Below, piece after piece: positions 54,229 through 58,514 of a DNA stretch of 58,514 bases. The notes under the pieces were generated by a model. The model was not told where the DNA came from and did no database searches. It was given only the letters and a program-made list of their open reading frames with translations. The translations under genes were made by a program, and so were the position numbers. The first letter of the stretch is position 1. The number at the start of each line of letters is the position of its first letter. Source of the DNA: a bacterium (GTDB lineage: Bacteria; Patescibacteriota; Minisyncoccia; Phycocordibacterales; UBA5272); contig JAYSVC010000011.1 of the NCBI GenBank assembly GCA_043718735.1, positions 1-58,514 of the forward strand, in the 5' to 3' direction.

Positions 54229-54756
54229 CTATTTTTTAGCAATAGCCGTATCTTCTTCTAACATTTCTTCAGAAATCTCTTCTACGTCCTCTTGCAACTC
54301 ATCAATGTCCTTTTCTATGTTTTCTACGTCAACACCGATTTCCTCCACATCTTCTTGTATCTCATCAATATCTTCTGAGATTTCTTTTACGTCTCCCTGT
54401 ATCTCATCTATATCTTCTGAGATTTCTTGTACGTCTTCTTGTATTTCGTCGACGTCTTTTTGTATTTCTTCTACGTCAACACCGATTTCTTCCACGTCAT
54501 CACTTAGTTCTTCAATATCTTTTTCTACTATTTCTATAGCTTTTGTATTTTTGTTTACTGACATTTGTATAAAAATAGACAAGTATATAGCCTCAAGAGA
54601 AACTACAGTAGTTAATACTAACAAAGCTTTTTCTACATCTACACCAAAAAAAGTAGAACTAATAACTATAATAAAAAATATAGTGTGTAGTATAAGAGAG
54701 GGTACTGAGCCTATGGAATTAGAGATTTTTAGGGCTTTACTTTCGAGTGATTGCAT
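54229..54756 (-). CDS. DUF1003-like two-TM protein with an acidic heptad-repeat tail
   Basis: The N-terminal TM pair ending LEAIYLSIFIQMSVNKN resembles DUF1003. The C-terminus is 12 x D[VI]xE[IL]xx. Confidence 0.6.
   Translation of the reverse strand: MQSLESKALKISNSIGSVPSLILHTIFFIIVISSTFFGVDVEKALLVLTTVVSLEAIYLSIFIQMSVNKNTKAIEIVEKDIEELSDDVEEIGVDVEEIQKDVDEIQEDVQEISEDIDEIQGDVKEISEDIDEIQEDVEEIGVDVENIEKDIDELQEDVEEISEEMLEEDTAIAKK
54268..54519 (-). repeat. Twelve tandem 21-bp (7-codon) coding repeats
   Basis: DIEELSD DVEEIGV DVEEIQK DVDEIQE DVQEISE DIDEIQG DVKEISE DIDEIQE DVEEIGV DVENIEK DIDELQE DVEEISE. Confidence 0.85.
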
Positions 54757-54838
54757 ACTATACTTATACTATAAATCACTTAAAATTTCAACTAACTTTT
54801 CAAGGGTATTTATAAATTAACTAAAAATAAAAAATTAT

Positions 54839-56062
54839 ATGACAATATTATTAGGATTATTTGCATTCTTTATACCGGCAACTATAGTAGTTGCTGTGGT
54901 TTACTTTCTTATTCGTACAATGCGTGGTGCTATTGTGGGTGATGGGTTAAATGTAAAAGAACTCACTATTGATGGTGGTATTTTTATCACTCTTATTAGT
55001 AGTATAGTTGCTTTGGTATCTATTATCTTTTCAGCTATAGATAAAAAGTTTGTAGATGTATTAAAACAAAATTACTACGCATATCAAGACACTGTGAATG
55101 ATGATGTGCGTGTTGCTGTATCTATTATTTTAATAGCTTATCCAATGTACTTATTATTAGCTTATTACAGGGCAAATTATCTAAAAAATAATCCGAGTAG
55201 AAGAAATATACCTGCAATGAAGTATGTAAATTATGTGATACTTGCTGTAGCCTCACTATTTATTTTGGGGTCACTAGCTACAACTATTTATGAATATCTT
55301 GGTGGTGAACTAGGTGTTGCTTTTGCTTACAAACTTTTGACTGTAATTGCGATTGCTTCTCTTTTAATAGTTTACAATTACTTTACTTTAAAAAGAAATT
55401 ATGACGCAAAATCAAATGCTCCTAATATCTTAGCAGTTATAAGCCTAATAGCTGTTATCTCAGCTGTGGCATATAGTATAAATATATTAGGTTCACCTGC
55501 TCAGGTTAGAAAAACAAAATTTGATGAAAAAAGATTAAGTGACTTATCAAATATACAAAATGAAATCTTAAATTCTTGGACAAGGAATAAAGTGTTGCCT
55601 GCTGACTTAAAATCAATACAAGGAGATGGATTCAATAATGGATTCATAATACCAGTAGACCCCAGAACAAAATTAAGTTACGAATACAAAATAGTTGAAA
55701 TGGGTAAGATGACCAAAAGAATAGGTCAAGACTGTGCTACATATTATCCTAATAAGTTCAATGCTTTTAACAACAATAATGTTTATGATGTTACAAAGCT
55801 GTCTTGTGAGATACCCGGAAAATCAACATTTGAAATATGTGCTAACTTTGAGACTATACGTGCTTATGATGCGAATGGTGTAGAGCAGGTTGGTTGGGAT
55901 TCTTCTAATCCTCTTGGTGTTAAAAGTCTAGACATGGCATCTTCTCGTTATTCTGAAGTTACATACTATGATTCGTATACTAAGAATTCTAACTGGAATC
56001 ATAATGTAGGTAATACATGTTTTAAAAGAACTATTGATCCGTTGAAATACCCTCAGTATTAA
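54839..56062 (+). CDS. Multi-pass membrane protein with a Cys-containing extracytoplasmic C-terminal domain (DUF5671-like)
   Basis: About 6 TM helices followed by a soluble domain with paired Cys residues and a pseudopilin-like LPADL...PVDPRTKLSYEYK segment. Confidence 0.5.
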   Translation: MTILLGLFAFFIPATIVVAVVYFLIRTMRGAIVGDGLNVKELTIDGGIFITLISSIVALVSIIFSAIDKKFVDVLKQNYYAYQDTVNDDVRVAVSIILIAYPMYLLLAYYRANYLKNNPSRRNIPAMKYVNYVILAVASLFILGSLATTIYEYLGGELGVAFAYKLLTVIAIASLLIVYNYFTLKRNYDAKSNAPNILAVISLIAVISAVAYSINILGSPAQVRKTKFDEKRLSDLSNIQNEILNSWTRNKVLPADLKSIQGDGFNNGFIIPVDPRTKLSYEYKIVEMGKMTKRIGQDCATYYPNKFNAFNNNNVYDVTKLSCEIPGKSTFEICANFETIRAYDANGVEQVGWDSSNPLGVKSLDMASSRYSEVTYYDSYTKNSNWNHNVGNTCFKRTIDPLKYPQY

Positions 56063-56071
56063 AATAAAAAT

Positions 56072-56108
56072 AAAATGATGGTGCCGAAGGCACCATCATT
56101 TTATTTTG
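56072..56108 (+). terminator. Intrinsic terminator
   Basis: AAAATGATGGTGCC-GAA-GGCACCATCATTTT followed by a T-run. Confidence 0.75.
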
Positions 56109-56124
56109 TAATAATGAATATTTT

Positions 56125-56133
56125 TGTTATACT
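56125..56133 (+). promoter_or_regulatory. Extended -10-like box TGTTATACT (leuS)
   Basis: TGnTATACT about 20 nt upstream of the ATG at 56153. Confidence 0.45.
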
Positions 56134-56152
56134 TAAAATAAGATAAGCACAT

Positions 56153-58514
56153 ATGAATACAGAAGAAAATACTTTTCCAGAAAATAACAAAGACGAACAA
56201 AGTACAAAACCTAAAAAGTATGTACTGGATATGTTCCCATATCCTAGCGGTGAAGGGCTACATGTTGGTCACCCAAAAGGCTACATAGCAACTGACATAT
56301 ACAGTAGAATGTATAAAATGAAAGGTTATGAAGTGGTGCACCCTATGGGCTGGGATGCTTTTGGACTACCTGCGGAACAGTTTGCATTAAAGAACAAAAC
56401 TCACCCAAAAGCACAGACAGAAAAAAACGTAGCTAATTTTAAATCACAATTAAATAAAATAAATCTTGATTATGATTGGGATAGAGAGATATCAACTACT
56501 GACCCGAAGTTCTACAAGTGGACACAGTGGATATTTAAGCAACTATATAAAAAAGGCCTCGCTTATGAAAGCTTTGAACCGATCAATTGGTGTCCAAGCT
56601 GTAAGACTGGTCTCGCTAACGAAGACTTAGAAGGTAATGCTTGTGAACGCTGTGGGACAATAGTAGAAAAAAAACCACTAAGACAATGGAATCTCCGTAT
56701 TACCGATTATGCAGACAGGTTAATACAAGATCTAGACACTCTCGCTTGGCCGGAGTGGGTAAAAACTGCACAAAAGAATTGGATAGGTCGTAGTGAAGGA
56801 AGTGAAATTGATTTTAAAATAGTCGGAGAAAAAGAAATAAGTTTTTCTGAAGAAAATAATACTGGACTAGTTGGATATGGTACAAATGTAAATATGAATG
56901 TAAAATATTCTTATGAAAATAAGTTCACAGTATTTACAACTCGTGCTGATACGCTTTTTGGTTGCACATATACAGTATTGGCACCAGAACATAAATTAGT
57001 TTTGGAATTATTAGAAGATAGAGACAATCAAAATATTTTACAAAATAAAGAAGAGGTGAAAAAGTATTTAGAAGAAGTAAAGTTAAAAACTGACATAGAG
57101 CGTGGCGCTGAAGGGAAAGAAAAGACAGGAGTTAAGCTAGAGGGTGTTATGGCTATTAACCCAGCTAATCAAAAAGAGGTTCCAGTTTACATCGCAGACT
57201 ACGTCCTCGCTTCATACGGCACTGGTGCAATTATGGCAGTACCAGCTCACGATGAGCGTGATTTTGAATTCGCAAAAAAATATAATATAGAAATACTTGA
57301 TGTAGTCGCTAAATACTTTGAACTTTCTGGAAACGATCAAGAAAGAAAGTGTGTAGAAATTATAAATAGAATAGTAGTAGATCCTATAATAAGAGATAAA
57401 GATAATAATTTTTATCTTATAAAAGAACCTCAAGATAGTGCTATACATTTTGCTGGTGGTGGATTAGATGAAGGTGAGACAGATACAGAAGCAATGAGAA
57501 GAGAGATAAGAGAAGAGTTGGGCTTTACAGATTTTGAAATAGTTAGAAAAATAAATCCACCGCTATCTGTAAGAGGGTATAGGCACACTAAAAATAAAAA
57601 TCAAAGAACTATTGGAACTACCTATGAAGTAGTTTTAAATAGTTTAGAAAGAGTTAGTTCTGAGATAGAAGAAGGTAAACATGAGCTAGTTGTTGTCAAA
57701 AAAGAAGACGTCTTAAAAACTATCACTTGGGAGCATCATAAATTTTTATTTGAAAGATATTTGATTGATGAAAAAGTTTTTTCTGAAAAAGGAATGGTTA
57801 TAAACTCAGATATTTTTAATGGTCTTATGAGCGAAGAAGCAAAGATAAAAATCACAGAATATGTCGGAGGCAAAATAGTGACCAAATATAAACTTCGTGA
57901 TTGGGTATTTGCTCGTCAACGTTATTGGGGTGAGCCATTTCCGGTTGTGTATCCGACAAAAATAAATCCAGACACTGGTGAAGTAGAGAGAGATAATAGC
58001 ATATCGCCGATTATGGTCGCAGATTCAGAGCTTCCAGTCTTATTACCCGAAGTAGAGAGTTATGAGCCAACAGGTACCGGTGAATCGCCACTCGCTATTA
58101 TCGATAGCTTTGTAAATGTGTGTGGCTACTTAAATGAAGAAGGAGAATTTGAAAGTGTAAAAAATTATTTTAGATTTGAAAATAAATTCATACAAGATAT
58201 CTTAAGCTCTACTAAAAATAATACAGTAAGATTAGATAACAAAAATATAAAAACAAACGATATATTAGAGATAAAGGACAAAGATAACAAAAGTTATGGG
58301 TTTATTAAAATAAAAAATATTACAAAGAGAAAATTATTAGAACTAGAAATAAATAATTTAAACGGAACCTCATATCAAAGTAAAGAAGAACAGGTAGAAA
58401 GTTATAAAAAATATTATGGAGAAGATATAAACTTGGAAACTATTTTTTATATTTTTGATTTTGAATTATTTAATAAAAATATAAAACTATTCAAAAGAGA
58501 AACAAACACCATGC
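56153..58514 (+). CDS. leuS: Leucyl-tRNA synthetase (3'-truncated by the window end) with two inserted domains
   Basis: The frame has no stop from 56153 to the window end, so it is absent from the track. It contains [12 protein letters not shown] (HIGH), CPSC...[55 protein letters not shown], and KRETNTM at the window edge. Confidence 0.92.
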   Translation, partial: MNTEENTFPENNKDEQSTKPKKYVLDMFPYPSGEGLHVGHPKGYIATDIYSRMYKMKGYEVVHPMGWDAFGLPAEQFALKNKTHPKAQTEKNVANFKSQLNKINLDYDWDREISTTDPKFYKWTQWIFKQLYKKGLAYESFEPINWCPSCKTGLANEDLEGNACERCGTIVEKKPLRQWNLRITDYADRLIQDLDTLAWPEWVKTAQKNWIGRSEGSEIDFKIVGEKEISFSEENNTGLVGYGTNVNMNVKYSYENKFTVFTTRADTLFGCTYTVLAPEHKLVLELLEDRDNQNILQNKEEVKKYLEEVKLKTDIERGAEGKEKTGVKLEGVMAINPANQKEVPVYIADYVLASYGTGAIMAVPAHDERDFEFAKKYNIEILDVVAKYFELSGNDQERKCVEIINRIVVDPIIRDKDNNFYLIKEPQDSAIHFAGGGLDEGETDTEAMRREIREELGFTDFEIVRKINPPLSVRGYRHTKNKNQRTIGTTYEVVLNSLERVSSEIEEGKHELVVVKKEDVLKTITWEHHKFLFERYLIDEKVFSEKGMVINSDIFNGLMSEEAKIKITEYVGGKIVTKYKLRDWVFARQRYWGEPFPVVYPTKINPDTGEVERDNSISPIMVADSELPVLLPEVESYEPTGTGESPLAIIDSFVNVCGYLNEEGEFESVKNYFRFENKFIQDILSSTKNNTVRLDNKNIKTNDILEIKDKDNKSYGFIKIKNITKRKLLELEINNLNGTSYQSKEEQVESYKKYYGEDINLETIFYIFDFELFNKNIKLFKRETNTM
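57296..57775 (+). other. Nudix hydrolase domain inserted in leuS
   Basis: Nudix box [23 protein letters not shown] at 57458-57526 fits GX5EX7REUXEEXGU exactly. Confidence 0.8.
58166..58472 (+). other. ASCH/PUA-like domain inserted in leuS
   Basis: [22 protein letters not shown]...NDILEIKD...[15 protein letters not shown]...[29 protein letters not shown] parallels the YqfB-type ASCH pattern as I recall it. Confidence 0.55.

Noticed and set aside
54305-54820. A 171-aa plus-strand ORF rich in SSTS/ISS repeats.
   Set aside because: It is the antisense reading of the acidic heptad repeat of the DUF1003-like gene. Its periodicity simply mirrors the 21-bp repeat, and the minus-strand product has a coherent TM-plus-coiled-coil architecture.
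1-58514. Alternative genetic code (UGA sense, as in Gracilibacteria/Absconditabacteria) or a CRISPR array.
   Set aside because: Long conserved ORFs are uninterrupted under code 11. TGA terminates at least two ORFs (38597, 45838). The only tRNA-Trp has anticodon CCA. No direct-repeat/spacer architecture was seen; the only tandem repeats are coding (54268-54519).

Overview
The window looks like an AT-rich, gene-dense, mostly plus-strand stretch of a reduced bacterial genome under the standard code. TGA is used as a stop and the tRNA-Trp anticodon is CCA. The gene content suggests Candidate Phyla Radiation / Patescibacteria (Parcubacteria-like): arrays of two-TM pilin-like proteins, trimmed aminoacyl-tRNA synthetases, no Shine-Dalgarno on core genes, and TGnTATAAT extended -10 promoters. 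This taxonomic call is an inference.

The core is housekeeping: mreB, frr, rseP, trhO, serS, SOD, clpB, photolyase, ychF, dnaJ, gyrA, glyQS, rpmG, tRNA-Trp, rpmJ-rpsM-rpsK-rpsD-rpoA-rplQ, rplM-rpsI, aspS and leuS.

Accessory content worth a second look:
1. leuS (56153 to the window end) carries two in-frame domain insertions. One is a Nudix domain with a perfect Nudix box at the CP1/editing boundary. The other is an ASCH/PUA-like module just before the RETDTM block.
2. A defence-type island without mobility genes spans about 35.9-50.2 kb. It holds an EcoRI-like N6A methyltransferase, an ABC-type ATPase with an RNxxxH (HEPN-like) tail and a DinD homologue, all tightly or translationally coupled. 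These are followed by a DUF262-HNH nuclease, a RhuM-Doc fusion, an AddA-like helicase-nuclease, a Cas4-like nuclease, and a convergent PIF1 helicase / DUF2132 / membrane-protein operon.
3. Six tandem VirB2/TrbC-like two-TM pilin paralogues (25.4-28.1 kb) have no secretion ATPase in the window.
4. A GC-rich candidate sRNA on the minus strand (about 20563-20677) has a consensus TTGACA-16-TATACT promoter and an intrinsic terminator.
5. Several visibly GC-richer ORFs carry canonical SD sequences, unlike the core genes, and are probably acquired.
6. An SGNH hydrolase is interrupted by one in-frame TAA.
7. A degenerate copy of the tRNA-Trp 3' half sits at an operon junction.

I saw no CRISPR array, rRNA, transposase or integrase. 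All domain calls come from motif recognition by eye; no searches were run.
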